DNA of 64,000 bases, from positions 460,548 to 524,547 of the forward strand of contig VXYS01000004.1 of NCBI GenBank assembly GCA_009845905.1, read 5' to 3'. Each line of letters begins with the position of its first letter. Position 1 is the first letter of the stretch. The notes below the pieces were generated by a model. It was not told where the DNA came from. It saw nothing but the letters and a program-made list of their open reading frames with translations, and made no database searches. Position numbers and translations under genes: made by a program. Shown here piece by piece: positions 27,740 through 36,919 of the stretch. Source of the DNA: Gammaproteobacteria bacterium. GTDB lineage: Bacteria > Pseudomonadota > Gammaproteobacteria > Steroidobacterales > Foliamicaceae.

Positions 27740-28837
27740 TCAATACACGAACGGGACCATCGAATACGGCACTCGCTCCCTGTAGCGCCCCCACAGTTCG
27801 CCGTACTTGGCGCGGCAGCGCCGCTCATCGCGGCGCGAGCGATGCCACAGCAGCCCCGCAAGCCAGGCCGGCAACACATACGGCGCCCAGGATGCAAAAC
27901 CGGTGGTGAGCGCAAACGCGAGGTACATACAGATCTCGCCGCTGTAGTTGAGATGCCGCCCGATTCCCCAGAACCCGGACACCAGCAGGCGCCCGTCGAG
28001 GGACTCGGCGGGCCGGCCCCAGATTCTGATTGCAGGGTTGCGCTTGAAGCGATGCTTCTGCGCGTTGGCGCCCCGGAACACCCAGAAGCCGAAGGCATAC
28101 AGCAGCACGATGCCGGCTGCGGCGAGGGGGCCCAGCGGCGGACCGGATGCGTCAACCAGCCACCAGCCGACGATGCAGTAGAAGAAGGGCACAAACACGT
28201 AGTCGCCCCACACCAGCATCCATCCGAAGCGCTCGCTGATGATGTCCCAGGTGTGGACCATGCCCCTTTCGAACTGGAAGTAATTGAGCACGTACACCCA
28301 CGTCAGGACCTGGTAGAGGGCCATCGCCAGCGTCAGATAGCCGTAGGTTTCGTATTGCACTACGGCGAACGACGTATTGAACAACGCCAGCCCGATGAGC
28401 GAGGGGCGGTAGCTGAACATCTTGAGGTCCACCCCGAGCAGGGCAGGATTGAGTTCCGCACCGAAGAAGAAACCCCGCCAGAACCCCGGCGATTCGGCAG
28501 GCTTCCGCGCGCTTCGCCAGTACAGCCAGCCGGAAAACGCGAATGCGAACACGTTCGCCGCCACGAAGAGCGCGAAAAAGTGCGTATACAGCAACGACAG
28601 TGAGAACGCGCCGGAGACCTGGGCGATGCCTGCCGCAAGGACGGTGAGCAGCAAAAGCGCCAGACCGTTGATCTTGTAGGTGATTGACTTGCCGCCGAGA
28701 TCCGGCCCCCTGATCCGGCGACCCGGCACGAGTATCGATCCCAGAAACAGTGCGCCGATAAAGACGGCGATCATTACCGCCGCCTGGAGCAGCAGCGCGC
28801 CCGAAAGCGCAAACGCAGTCGCCGGCAGCTCAGGCAT
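27740..28837 (-). CDS. ERG4/ERG24-family sterol reductase (probable C-14 reductase)
   Basis: 365 aa, multi-TM. Family-defining C-terminus LLVSGFWGIGRHLNYSGEI...RDERRCRAKYGELWGRYRERVPYSMVPFVY. Confidence 0.85.
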   Translation of the reverse strand: MPELPATAFALSGALLLQAAVMIAVFIGALFLGSILVPGRRIRGPDLGGKSITYKINGLALLLLTVLAAGIAQVSGAFSLSLLYTHFFALFVAANVFAFAFSGWLYWRSARKPAESPGFWRGFFFGAELNPALLGVDLKMFSYRPSLIGLALFNTSFAVVQYETYGYLTLAMALYQVLTWVYVLNYFQFERGMVHTWDIISERFGWMLVWGDYVFVPFFYCIVGWWLVDASGPPLGPLAAAGIVLLYAFGFWVFRGANAQKHRFKRNPAIRIWGRPAESLDGRLLVSGFWGIGRHLNYSGEICMYLAFALTTGFASWAPYVLPAWLAGLLWHRSRRDERRCRAKYGELWGRYRERVPYSMVPFVY

Positions 28838-29960
28838 CGGCGCCGCCGTCCGCGGTCGTCATCCCGGGCGCGGGCATCGCCGTGCCGTTCTCCCTGGCCA
28901 GGTACTCCTGCCACTTGCGCACGGTCACGTTCTGGAAAGCCCGCACCGCCGGGTTGAACTCCAGGGGGCGGGCGTTGAAGTGCCGCTCGTAACCCTCCTG
29001 TTCGGCTTCGAGCGCAAATCCGTCCTGGGAAAGCAGCGGACCGATGAGCACACGGTTGGAGATCTTGAGGACCGTGGTCATTGCAAGCCTGGGGAAGCGG
29101 ATCGGCAGCAACGGAACCTTCAGGGACTTGAAGTAGAACAGGAAGAAGGCCCGGCTGGTGCGTTCGTCGACGGGCAGCACGAAACACCAGTGCTTTATCG
29201 CGTCGTCGGTGTTCGACCACTGGTAGGGATACTGATAGCAGAGCTTCATCGAATTGGTATCGATCCGCTCGCGATCGACGAACATTCCGGAAAAACGCCC
29301 GCGGCCGACGCTGGTGTCGTAGGCCACGTGCACGTCGTCGCCGACCGTCTCGCAGCGCGTGAGCACGGCGCCGTCGAAGGGGCGATAGCGGCGGTGCAGC
29401 CAGGCGTGAGTGAAATCGCTGACGTTGTCGATCACCATCGAGTGGTGCGCCGACCAGGTGAAACTCAGCGGCACGCAGGCCCAGCGGCCCTTGCCCTCCA
29501 GCTCGGGAATATCGGGAATCCGGCGCGATTGAGCCCGTTCCGGGTTCCCTGGGAACAGCCAGATCAGGCCGTAGCGGACCTTTACCGGATAGGTCCTGAG
29601 CGCGACATTCGGCATGCTTCCCCCAAGCATCTCGTGCGCGGTCTCGGCAAGCCGTCCGTCCGGGTCGTATTTCCAGCCGTGGTAGGCGCACACCAGCCGG
29701 CAGCCTTCCACCTGGCCCAGCGACAGCTTGAGCTGGCGATGGGCGCAGCGGTTGTCCATGGCGTGAAACGAACCGTCCTCGGCCCGGAACAGCGCGATCG
29801 AACGCTTCCAGAAAATCACCTCGACCACGCTCCCGGGCTTGATTTTGCGCACTTCCTCGACCGCGTACCAGTAGTCCGGGTCCATGCCCGCCGCGCGCAC
29901 CTTCTGGCGCAGGTTGACGGCCTCCTCGAAGCCCGGCGGTCCTGCCGTCACCGTGTTCAT
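28830..29960 (-). CDS. sdmA: Rieske-type oxygenase, SdmA-like (bacterial sterol C-4 demethylation)
   Basis: Rieske motif CAHRQ...CAYHGWKY and iron motif DNVSDFTHAWLH. Assigned as SdmA by its position between an SdmB-like reductase and the sterol reductase/CYP51/OSC genes. Confidence 0.7.
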   Translation of the reverse strand: MNTVTAGPPGFEEAVNLRQKVRAAGMDPDYWYAVEEVRKIKPGSVVEVIFWKRSIALFRAEDGSFHAMDNRCAHRQLKLSLGQVEGCRLVCAYHGWKYDPDGRLAETAHEMLGGSMPNVALRTYPVKVRYGLIWLFPGNPERAQSRRIPDIPELEGKGRWACVPLSFTWSAHHSMVIDNVSDFTHAWLHRRYRPFDGAVLTRCETVGDDVHVAYDTSVGRGRFSGMFVDRERIDTNSMKLCYQYPYQWSNTDDAIKHWCFVLPVDERTSRAFFLFYFKSLKVPLLPIRFPRLAMTTVLKISNRVLIGPLLSQDGFALEAEQEGYERHFNARPLEFNPAVRAFQNVTVRKWQEYLARENGTAMPAPGMTTADGGADA

Positions 29961-31069
29961 GATGCGCCCCCATCGGCAGTTACCTGCGTACTCCGGTCCG
30001 GCACGGCGTTTTCCTCGTGTACCGCACCGTTCGCGCGCGGGCGTTTGGCCTGCGGATTGGTGATCGCCTTGCGCTCGTGATAGTGAAACGCGTACGCCTC
30101 ATGCACGGCGTCGCGGATGCGGGTCGGCCGGTAGCCGAGTTCGCTTTTCGCCTTGCCGAGATTGGCGTGACGGCGCTTTTTCAGAAGGCGGATGGCGCCG
30201 GGCGTGAAACGCTGGGGAAAGTCGGGGTGCACGCGGCTCAGGTAGAAGCTCGCCGCCTCCGAGAAGACATACATCAGGTTGGCCGGAATCCGCCGGCGCG
30301 GACGCGGGATGCCCGTAACCTCCTCGTAGAGATCAAGCATGCCGGAGATGGTCTTGTATTCGCTGCTGAAGATGTACTTCTCGCCCGGGCGTCCGTTGCG
30401 CATGCACAGCAGGTGACCTTCGACGATGTCGCGCGCCGCCACGAACTCGAACCCGCCGTCCACGTAGGCATGGAGCTTGCCGTCGGTGAAGTCGCACAGG
30501 GTCCGGCCCAGGCGCGACGGGAAAAAGTCCGCGCCGCCCACGACCGCACAGCAGGTTGCGACAACGACGTCCTGCCCTGCCGACGCCGCGCGCCAGCACT
30601 CGTGCTCGACGAGCATCTTGCTGCGCTCGTACGGCATCGTGCGCTCCATGGGGTAGAACTGCATGGTCTCGTCGCTTGGAGCGGACGGATCGTCGAGATC
30701 GTAGCCAACCGCGCTGAACGAGCCCGTGACCACTACCCGCCCGGCTTCGTACTCCCGCGCCGCCTGCAGCACGTTGCGGGTGCCCAGCACGTTGCACTCA
30801 TACAACTCGCGGCGATGCGCGCGAGTGCCGTCGATGGTGGAGACTTTCGCGGCGACGTGATAGACGCCCTGGCAACCCTCGATCGCGCGCCGGGTGGCGT
30901 TCAGGTCCCGGATATCGCCGTAAGCGCGTTCAACATCGAGGCCTTCCAGGCCCTCGTTGTTGTCCTCGTGCCTCAGCAGCACACGGATGCGAACGCCGTC
31001 GTCGAGCAGGCGGCGCACAAGATTGGCGCCCACGTGTCCGGCCGCGCCGGTTACGAATACGGGATTCAT
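29957..31069 (-). CDS. sdmB: NAD(P)-dependent epimerase/dehydratase-family reductase, SdmB-like (bacterial sterol C-4 demethylation)
   Basis: N-terminus MNPVFVTGAAGHVGANLVRRLL, an extended-SDR Rossmann fold. ATGA overlap with the Rieske gene. Assignment rests on operon context. Confidence 0.7.
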   Translation of the reverse strand: MNPVFVTGAAGHVGANLVRRLLDDGVRIRVLLRHEDNNEGLEGLDVERAYGDIRDLNATRRAIEGCQGVYHVAAKVSTIDGTRAHRRELYECNVLGTRNVLQAAREYEAGRVVVTGSFSAVGYDLDDPSAPSDETMQFYPMERTMPYERSKMLVEHECWRAASAGQDVVVATCCAVVGGADFFPSRLGRTLCDFTDGKLHAYVDGGFEFVAARDIVEGHLLCMRNGRPGEKYIFSSEYKTISGMLDLYEEVTGIPRPRRRIPANLMYVFSEAASFYLSRVHPDFPQRFTPGAIRLLKKRRHANLGKAKSELGYRPTRIRDAVHEAYAFHYHERKAITNPQAKRPRANGAVHEENAVPDRSTQVTADGGAS

Positions 31070-31197
31070 GGAAGATCCGCGAATTTCTTGCGATGGATAG
31101 GAAACAACCCCCGGTTTCCGGGCAAAAATTCGGACGCGCGTACTCTAACACTACGTCCCGCGACCGTGCGGTAAGTCGAACGGGCGAAGGCGTCGCC

Positions 31198-32250
31198 TTA
31201 TCTTTCCGGTTTCGGGACGTGGATCTTCGTTTGCTGAACCGGCGCGGGCCGCGGCGCCGGCCTTGGAGCGGGCGCGGCGGGTCGTGGCGCAGGGGCAGAC
31301 GGCCGCGAAGTTGGCATAGTCGGCCGTGAAGCTGGCGCAGTCGGTCGTGAAGTTGGCGCTGTCGGTCGTGCAGCCACCCTAGCGGGGCGAGAGGTTGGTG
31401 CAGCGCGTCGTGCTGCCGGTGCGGCGGGTCGCGTGTTCGGCGCCTGTCGCCTCGTATCCGCGACTCTCCGCGTTTTCGGCGCAACCGTCCGGGTGCGGGA
31501 ATTATCGGCCGTTCTGGGTACGGCCGGCCTGGTTCGCACAGCCGGCTTCGTTCGCGCGACCGGCTTCGTGCCGGTCACGGTGGAGGGCTGCCGCCGCGCA
31601 TCGCGGGAACGACTCAGGCGGCGTGCATCGCGGGCGTAGCCGCGGGGCGGCGCCGCGAGAGGCCGCCGGCGGTAGGTAGGCGCATAGATCACCGTGGTCG
31701 GATTCACAGCCTGCCTTTGTGGCGAATAAGTCCCGGCGCCGATTTCGTCGTCGTAAACGACGGGGTCGGGATATTCTTCCGCTTCGCTCAGCGCAACGGA
31801 GAAGTCTCCCGAATTGCCCTCCGCTTCTTCGGCGGCCTCGCGGGCGGAAGTCAGCTCGTCGCGAAGCGCCGCTATCTCGTCGCGCAGCGTCCTGGCTTCC
31901 TCGGCGCTGCGTTCCGCCTCGGAAGCGGCGTCCTCGCTCAACTGCTGCATTTCAAGCCGAATAGCGGAGATTTCGTCGCGCAGAACGGAAGCGTCCCGGG
32001 AAGCACGCCTGACTTCCTCGTTCGCAGCGTCGCGCACGGACCGCATATCCTCGCGCAAGGCGGCAATATCGTCGCGGAGATAACGGGCCTCGTCAAGTGC
32101 GCTTTCAAACTCGGAAACCACCGCCGCGCGCCGGTCGTCCGCAGCGGCGCGAGCTTCGGCCTTGTCCGCATCGTCCGAACCGGCGCACCCCGTCGCGACC
32201 AACACCCAGGCGGCAAGCGCACAGACCTCGTGTCGGATTGATGTATTCAT
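31198..32250 (-). CDS. lipoprotein with a coiled-coil region and a basic Pro/Arg/Thr/Ala-rich tandem-repeat tail
   Basis: Signal peptide plus lipobox (AWVLVATGC). Repeated LRD(D/E)I(A/S)A(L/I)R heptad-like segments. C-terminal RPTAPTSRPTAPASRPTMPTSRPSAPAPRPAAPAPRPAPRPAP. No family recognised. Confidence 0.6.
   Translation of the reverse strand: MNTSIRHEVCALAAWVLVATGCAGSDDADKAEARAAADDRRAAVVSEFESALDEARYLRDDIAALREDMRSVRDAANEEVRRASRDASVLRDEISAIRLEMQQLSEDAASEAERSAEEARTLRDEIAALRDELTSAREAAEEAEGNSGDFSVALSEAEEYPDPVVYDDEIGAGTYSPQRQAVNPTTVIYAPTYRRRPLAAPPRGYARDARRLSRSRDARRQPSTVTGTKPVARTKPAVRTRPAVPRTADNSRTRTVAPKTRRVADTRRQAPNTRPAAPAARRAAPTSRPARVAARPTAPTSRPTAPASRPTMPTSRPSAPAPRPAAPAPRPAPRPAPVQQTKIHVPKPER
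31297..31380. repeat. 21-bp tandem repeat, about 3.5 copies, inside the lipoprotein gene
   Basis: Units are AGACGGCCGCGAAGTTGGCAT / AGTCGGCCGTGAAGCTGGCGC / AGTCGGTCGTGAAGTTGGCGC / TGTCGGTCGTGCAGCCACCCT. They encode the RPT(A/M)P(T/A)S heptapeptide repeats. Confidence 0.85.
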
Positions 32251-32362
32251 GAACTTCAGTATAGCCCCGGCAGCACGCAGCCGGACTTCGATCGGCCTGC
32301 CCGTTGATTTATCGTCATTTCTCGCATAGTTTCATATACAGGCACTTGGTAAAGGACTGAAC

Positions 32363-33679
32363 ATGACCAACAGAATTGTCCGCTTGTCCACTCGCGACGT
32401 GCGTTTCCCCACGTCCGATCACCTGGACGGATCGGACGCAACAAACAAGGATCCGGACTACTCCGCTGCGTACATCACGCTGGAGACAGAAAAGGGCGAT
32501 CGGGGCTTCGGCCTGATCTTCACCATCGGCCGAGGCAACGATATCTGCTGCAAGACCGTCGAGGCGATGAGCCACCTGGTCATCGGAAAGGACCTCGACG
32601 ATATCCGGACCGATATCGGCGGATACTACAACGAACTTCGTTCCGACAGCCAGATCCGCTGGCTCGGACCGGAGAAAGGCATTGTTCACATGGCCGCCGG
32701 CGCAATCGTGAACGCCGTGTGGGACATGTGGAGCCGCGCCGAGGGCAAGCCGGTGTGGCGCCTGCTGTCGGAAATGGACCCGGAAGAGTTCGTGAACTGC
32801 GCGGACCTGCGATACGTCGAGGACGTGCTGACACGCGACGAGGCCCTGGCGATCGTCAAAAGGAACATCGCAACGCGAGACCGGCGAATCCGCCATCTCG
32901 AGGAACACGGCTACCCCGCCTACACGATGTCGGCCGGTTGGCTGGGCTACGACGACGAGAAAATCCGGAGGTTATGCAGGGAAGCCGTACAGAAGGGATT
33001 CCGCCATATCAAGCTGAAAGTCGGAGCAAATGTTGACGACGATATTCGCCGCTTGAGGAACATCCGGGAAACTGTTGGTTACGACGTCATCCTCATGGTG
33101 GACGCCAACCAGGCCTGGGAAGTGAATGAAGCGATTGAGTGGATGCGGCGTCTGGCTCCCTACAAACCATGGTTCATCGAGGAACCGACCAGTCCCGACG
33201 ACATCATGGGCCACAGGAAGATCAAGGAGGGCATCGGAGAAATCAGGGTAGCCACGGGCGAGCATTGCGCCAACCGCATCCTCTTCAAACAGTTCATCGC
33301 CAGCGACGCAATCGACGTGGTCCAGATCGACGCATGCCGCCTGGCCGGGCTCAACGAAATACTTACCGTATTTCTGCTCGCCGCAAAGTTCGGCAAGCCC
33401 GTGTGCCCTCACGCGGGCGGTGTTGGCCTGTGCGAGTATGTGCAGCACCTATCGATGATCGACTACGTCATGATTTCCGGAGAAATCGGCGAACGAGTCA
33501 TCGAGTTTGCAGATCATCTCCACGAGCACTTCGAGGACCCCTGCGTGGTCCGAAAGGGCGCTTATCTGGCGCCCACCGCGCCCGGCTTCAGCGTAAGAAT
33601 GCGCGAACAATCCGTCGCGGACTACGAGTATCCCGGCGGCTCCCAGTGGCGTGCACGCGTTGGGCGCACAGGTGGGTGA
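32363..33679 (+). CDS. L-fuconate dehydratase-like enolase-superfamily enzyme
   Basis: 438 aa. N-terminus RDVRFPTSDHLDGSDATNKDPDYSAAY is typical of fuconate dehydratases. Also HIKLKVG, MVDANQAW and IEEPT metal/acid-base motifs. Confidence 0.85.
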   Translation: MTNRIVRLSTRDVRFPTSDHLDGSDATNKDPDYSAAYITLETEKGDRGFGLIFTIGRGNDICCKTVEAMSHLVIGKDLDDIRTDIGGYYNELRSDSQIRWLGPEKGIVHMAAGAIVNAVWDMWSRAEGKPVWRLLSEMDPEEFVNCADLRYVEDVLTRDEALAIVKRNIATRDRRIRHLEEHGYPAYTMSAGWLGYDDEKIRRLCREAVQKGFRHIKLKVGANVDDDIRRLRNIRETVGYDVILMVDANQAWEVNEAIEWMRRLAPYKPWFIEEPTSPDDIMGHRKIKEGIGEIRVATGEHCANRILFKQFIASDAIDVVQIDACRLAGLNEILTVFLLAAKFGKPVCPHAGGVGLCEYVQHLSMIDYVMISGEIGERVIEFADHLHEHFEDPCVVRKGAYLAPTAPGFSVRMREQSVADYEYPGGSQWRARVGRTGG

Positions 33680-34722
33680 TGGCTACGTTCGAGAAGCGGC
33701 GCGTGGGCGGCTCGAGCCTTGCCGTGGATACGCTGGGCTTCGGCTGCGCCTCGCTCGGCAATCTCTATCACCCGGTTTCGGATGCTGACGCCAGGCAGAT
33801 TCTCGACTCCGCCTGGTCGCGTGGATTTCGCTACTACGACACGGCCCCGCACTACGGGCAGGGGCTGAGCGAGCGCAGGGTGGGTGACGCCTTGCGCAGG
33901 TTCCGGGGCCGGGAGTATGTGCTTTCCAGCAAGGTGGGGCGGCTGCTGAAACCGTCGGGTTACGCCGAGGAACGCCATGCCTTCATGTCGCCCATGCCGT
34001 TCGATATCTTCTACGACTACAGCTACGACGGGATAATGCGGTCATACGAGGACAGCGTGCAGCGTTTGGGTCTGGACCGCATCGACATTCTCTACATGCA
34101 CGACATTGGCGCAGTGACCCACGGCGCGAGAAACGACGAGCTGTTTCCGATCGCAATGGACGGCGGGTACCGAGCCATGGACGAGTTGCGCGGCGCCGGC
34201 GCCGTCACGGCAATCGGCCTGGGGGTAAATGAATACGAGGTATGCGAAGCCGCACTGGACCACGGCGACTGGGACTGTTTTCTGCTGGCCGGCCGTTACA
34301 CGCTGCTCGAGCAGGAGGCGCTGAACACGTTTCTGCCCATGTGTCTTGAGCGCAATTGCTCGATCGTCATCGGCGGTGCCTATAACTCGGGGATTCTTGC
34401 AACGGGCGTTCGCGGCCGGGGGCCCTTGTACTACAACTACGAAGCAGCCTCGGCCCGTGTGGTGGAGAAGGTCGCGAAGATCGAGGACACCTGCGAGGAG
34501 TTCGGGATCCCGATGGCGGCGGCCGCGCTGCAGTTCCCGTTGGCCCATCCTGCGGTCGTCTCGGTGATTCCCGGCATCGGCAAGCCGGAACGGATCGAGC
34601 AGACGCTGGAGCTGTTCAACACGAGGATTCCCGACGATTTCTGGTCCGCACTGGTCGAACGGGGATTGCTACGCGCGGACGCGCCCGTTTCCGGAGCGCA
34701 TACGGACGGACAGGAGCCATGA
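33679..34722 (+). CDS. aldo/keto reductase (D-threo-aldose / L-fucose 1-dehydrogenase-like)
   Basis: ATG 33679 overlaps the upstream TGA by 1 nt. Contains LGFGCASLGNLY, YYDTAPHYGQGLSERRVG and IDILYMHD. The upstream 180 codons of the track ORF lie inside the dehydratase gene. Confidence 0.85.
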   Translation: MATFEKRRVGGSSLAVDTLGFGCASLGNLYHPVSDADARQILDSAWSRGFRYYDTAPHYGQGLSERRVGDALRRFRGREYVLSSKVGRLLKPSGYAEERHAFMSPMPFDIFYDYSYDGIMRSYEDSVQRLGLDRIDILYMHDIGAVTHGARNDELFPIAMDGGYRAMDELRGAGAVTAIGLGVNEYEVCEAALDHGDWDCFLLAGRYTLLEQEALNTFLPMCLERNCSIVIGGAYNSGILATGVRGRGPLYYNYEAASARVVEKVAKIEDTCEEFGIPMAAAALQFPLAHPAVVSVIPGIGKPERIEQTLELFNTRIPDDFWSALVERGLLRADAPVSGAHTDGQEP

Positions 34723-34744
34723 CACAGCATGGAGGATCGCTGAT

Positions 34745-35521
34745 ATGACGAGGAAACTGGAAAACCGGACTGCGGTCGTGACCGGCGGCGGCAGCGGAAT
34801 CGGCAGGTGCGTCTCGGCCCGGCTGGCCACTGACGGCGCGCACGTCCTGGTGCTGGATATTGACCCTGACGCCGCCAGGCAGACCGTGGATGAAATTGCC
34901 GGGGCCGGCGGCAGTGCCGCTGCTCACAAGTGCGATGTTGCGGATCACAACGAGGTGGCGGACGTGATAGCGGCCATTCTCGACGATTCACAAATCGATA
35001 TCCTGATCAACAACGCCGGGATCGCGCACGTCGGGAACCTGGAAAACACCAGCGAGGAGGACCTCGACCGGCTCTACAGCATCAACGTGAAAGGCATCTA
35101 CAACTGCCTGGCCGCGATCGTTCCCGCGATGAAGGCACGCCGCAGCGGCGTCATCGTGAACCTGGCGTCGATCGCCTCCTGCGTGGGCATCGCCGACCGT
35201 TTCGCCTACTCCATGACCAAGGGCGCAGTGCTGACCATGACCTACTCCGTGGCCAGGGACTACATCGACCACGGTATCCGCTGCAACTGCGTCGCCCCCG
35301 CGCGGGTCCACACGCCGTTCGTGGACAATTTCCTGGACGAAAACTATCCGGACAACCGCGACGAAATCTTCGCGCAACTGGAAAAGAGCCAGCCGATCGG
35401 GCGCATGGGCACCCCCGAGGAGGTCGCCGTGCTGATAGCCTATCTTTGCTCCGACGATGCCTCCTTCATCACCGGCACCAATTTCCCCATCGACGGCGGC
35501 TTCATCACCCTCAACAACTAG
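34745..35521 (+). CDS. SDR family oxidoreductase (2-keto-3-deoxy-L-fuconate dehydrogenase-like by context)
   Basis: VTGGGSGIG, NNAG and YSMTKGA motifs. Confidence 0.85.
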   Translation: MTRKLENRTAVVTGGGSGIGRCVSARLATDGAHVLVLDIDPDAARQTVDEIAGAGGSAAAHKCDVADHNEVADVIAAILDDSQIDILINNAGIAHVGNLENTSEEDLDRLYSINVKGIYNCLAAIVPAMKARRSGVIVNLASIASCVGIADRFAYSMTKGAVLTMTYSVARDYIDHGIRCNCVAPARVHTPFVDNFLDENYPDNRDEIFAQLEKSQPIGRMGTPEEVAVLIAYLCSDDASFITGTNFPIDGGFITLNN

Positions 35522-35547
35522 GGCTTGTTAACGCTGCGCGACGTCGG

Positions 35548-36894
35548 TCAGCAGGCGGTCACGATGCAGTCGTTGATCAGGTTCTCGACGAGTTCCTGCT
35601 TGCCGCTTCTCTGACGTGGCTCTCCGTTCGCCGCGGCAATATCGCGCAGATCGCCCAGAGACAGTTCGCCGTCCTCGAAGCGCTTGCCGTCGCCCAAATC
35701 GAAACTCCGGTAACGGCCGTAGCGAAGCTCCGACATCCGTGGGTCCGCCAGAACCCTGTCGGCAACCAGAAGCCCCCGGGCAAATGCGTCCATGGCGCCG
35801 ATATGCCCGATGAACATGTCTTCGAGGTCGGTGGATTCGCGGCGGACCTTGGCGTCGAAGTTCAGGCCACCGCTGCCCAGCCCTCCGTATTCAAGCACCA
35901 CCATCATGGCGTGTACGCAGTCGTACAGGTCCATAGCGAACTGGTCCGTGTCCCATCCGTTCTGCGGATCGCCCCGGTTGGCGTCTATCGAGCCCAGCAG
36001 GCCCGCATCGGCGGCCATACGCAGGTCGTGCGCGAACGCGTGCCCCGCCAGCGTCGCATGGTTGGCCTCGACGTTGAGTTTGAAGTCGCCCGCGAGCCCG
36101 TGCTGGCGCAAGAAGCCGATCACCGTGAGGGCATCGAAGTCGTACTGGTGCTTCATCGGTTCCATGGGTTTGGGTTCGACCAGGAACGTGCCCTTGAACC
36201 CCACCGACCGGCCGTAATCGCGCGCCTTGGACAGAAACATCGCCATGTGTTCGAGTTCCCGCCTGGTGTCGGTGTTCTGCAGGCACGCATAGCCTTCGCG
36301 CCCGCCCCAGAACACGTAATTCTCTCCGCCCAGTTCCACGGTGGCGTCGATAGCGGCCTTTACCTGCGAGGCGGCATAGGCGACGACGGCGAAGTCCGGA
36401 TTTGTGGATGCGCCGTTCATGTAGCGCGGATGCGAGAACACGTTCGCCGTCCCCCACAGCAGCTTCATGCCGGTTGCGTCCTGCCGCTCCCTGGCCATCC
36501 CCACCATCTGCTCAAGGTTCTTTTCCGAGTCGGCAACACTGCCACCTTCGGAAGCCAGGTCGAAGTCGTGAAAGCACCAGAACGGCACGTTGAGCTTGGT
36601 GAAGAATTCGAACGCCGCGTCCACCCGTTCGCGCGAACGATCCATCGGGTCTCCCTTTTCCGCCCAGGGATGGACGCGGGTACCCGGTCCGAACGGGTCT
36701 CCCCCGGTGGCGCAGAAGGTATGCCAATAACAGACCGCGAAGCGCAGGTGCTCTTCCATGGTCTTGCCGCCCACTGACCGGGACGGATCGTAGGTCTTGA
36801 ACGCCAGTGGATTGTCCGATTCAGGGCCTTCGTATTGGATCCTGGCGATACCCGGGAAATATTCCCGATCGCCGATAAAGACGCTGCGGTTCAT
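35548..36894 (-). CDS. xylA: xylose isomerase
   Basis: 448 aa with [25 protein letters not shown] and [10 protein letters not shown] motifs characteristic of XylA. Confidence 0.93.
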   Translation of the reverse strand: MNRSVFIGDREYFPGIARIQYEGPESDNPLAFKTYDPSRSVGGKTMEEHLRFAVCYWHTFCATGGDPFGPGTRVHPWAEKGDPMDRSRERVDAAFEFFTKLNVPFWCFHDFDLASEGGSVADSEKNLEQMVGMARERQDATGMKLLWGTANVFSHPRYMNGASTNPDFAVVAYAASQVKAAIDATVELGGENYVFWGGREGYACLQNTDTRRELEHMAMFLSKARDYGRSVGFKGTFLVEPKPMEPMKHQYDFDALTVIGFLRQHGLAGDFKLNVEANHATLAGHAFAHDLRMAADAGLLGSIDANRGDPQNGWDTDQFAMDLYDCVHAMMVVLEYGGLGSGGLNFDAKVRRESTDLEDMFIGHIGAMDAFARGLLVADRVLADPRMSELRYGRYRSFDLGDGKRFEDGELSLGDLRDIAAANGEPRQRSGKQELVENLINDCIVTAC

Positions 36895-36919
36895 GTTCTT
36901 GCCCCCTTTGTCTGGCCTC

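Noticed and set aside
31105-31130. Hairpin CCCGG-AAA-CCGGG as an intrinsic terminator after the lipoprotein gene
   Set aside because: The stem is only 5 bp and the downstream T-tract is weak (GGTTGTTTCC). This is not enough to call a terminator, so co-transcription of the lipoprotein gene with the sterol operon stays open.
28680-31174. Two long + strand ORFs (28680..30080 and 30017..31174)
   Set aside because: Both are antisense to the sdmA/sdmB and reductase genes, whose products carry clear family motifs. The + strand translations are Arg/Ala/Gly-rich with no motifs.
35521-35535. Recurrent TGTTAACGC(T) string (35526, 48284; similar at 53016) as a possible repeat element
   Set aside because: Only about 9-10 nt are shared, with no conserved flanks or dyad context that I could see. 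That is too short to separate from chance without a genome-wide count.
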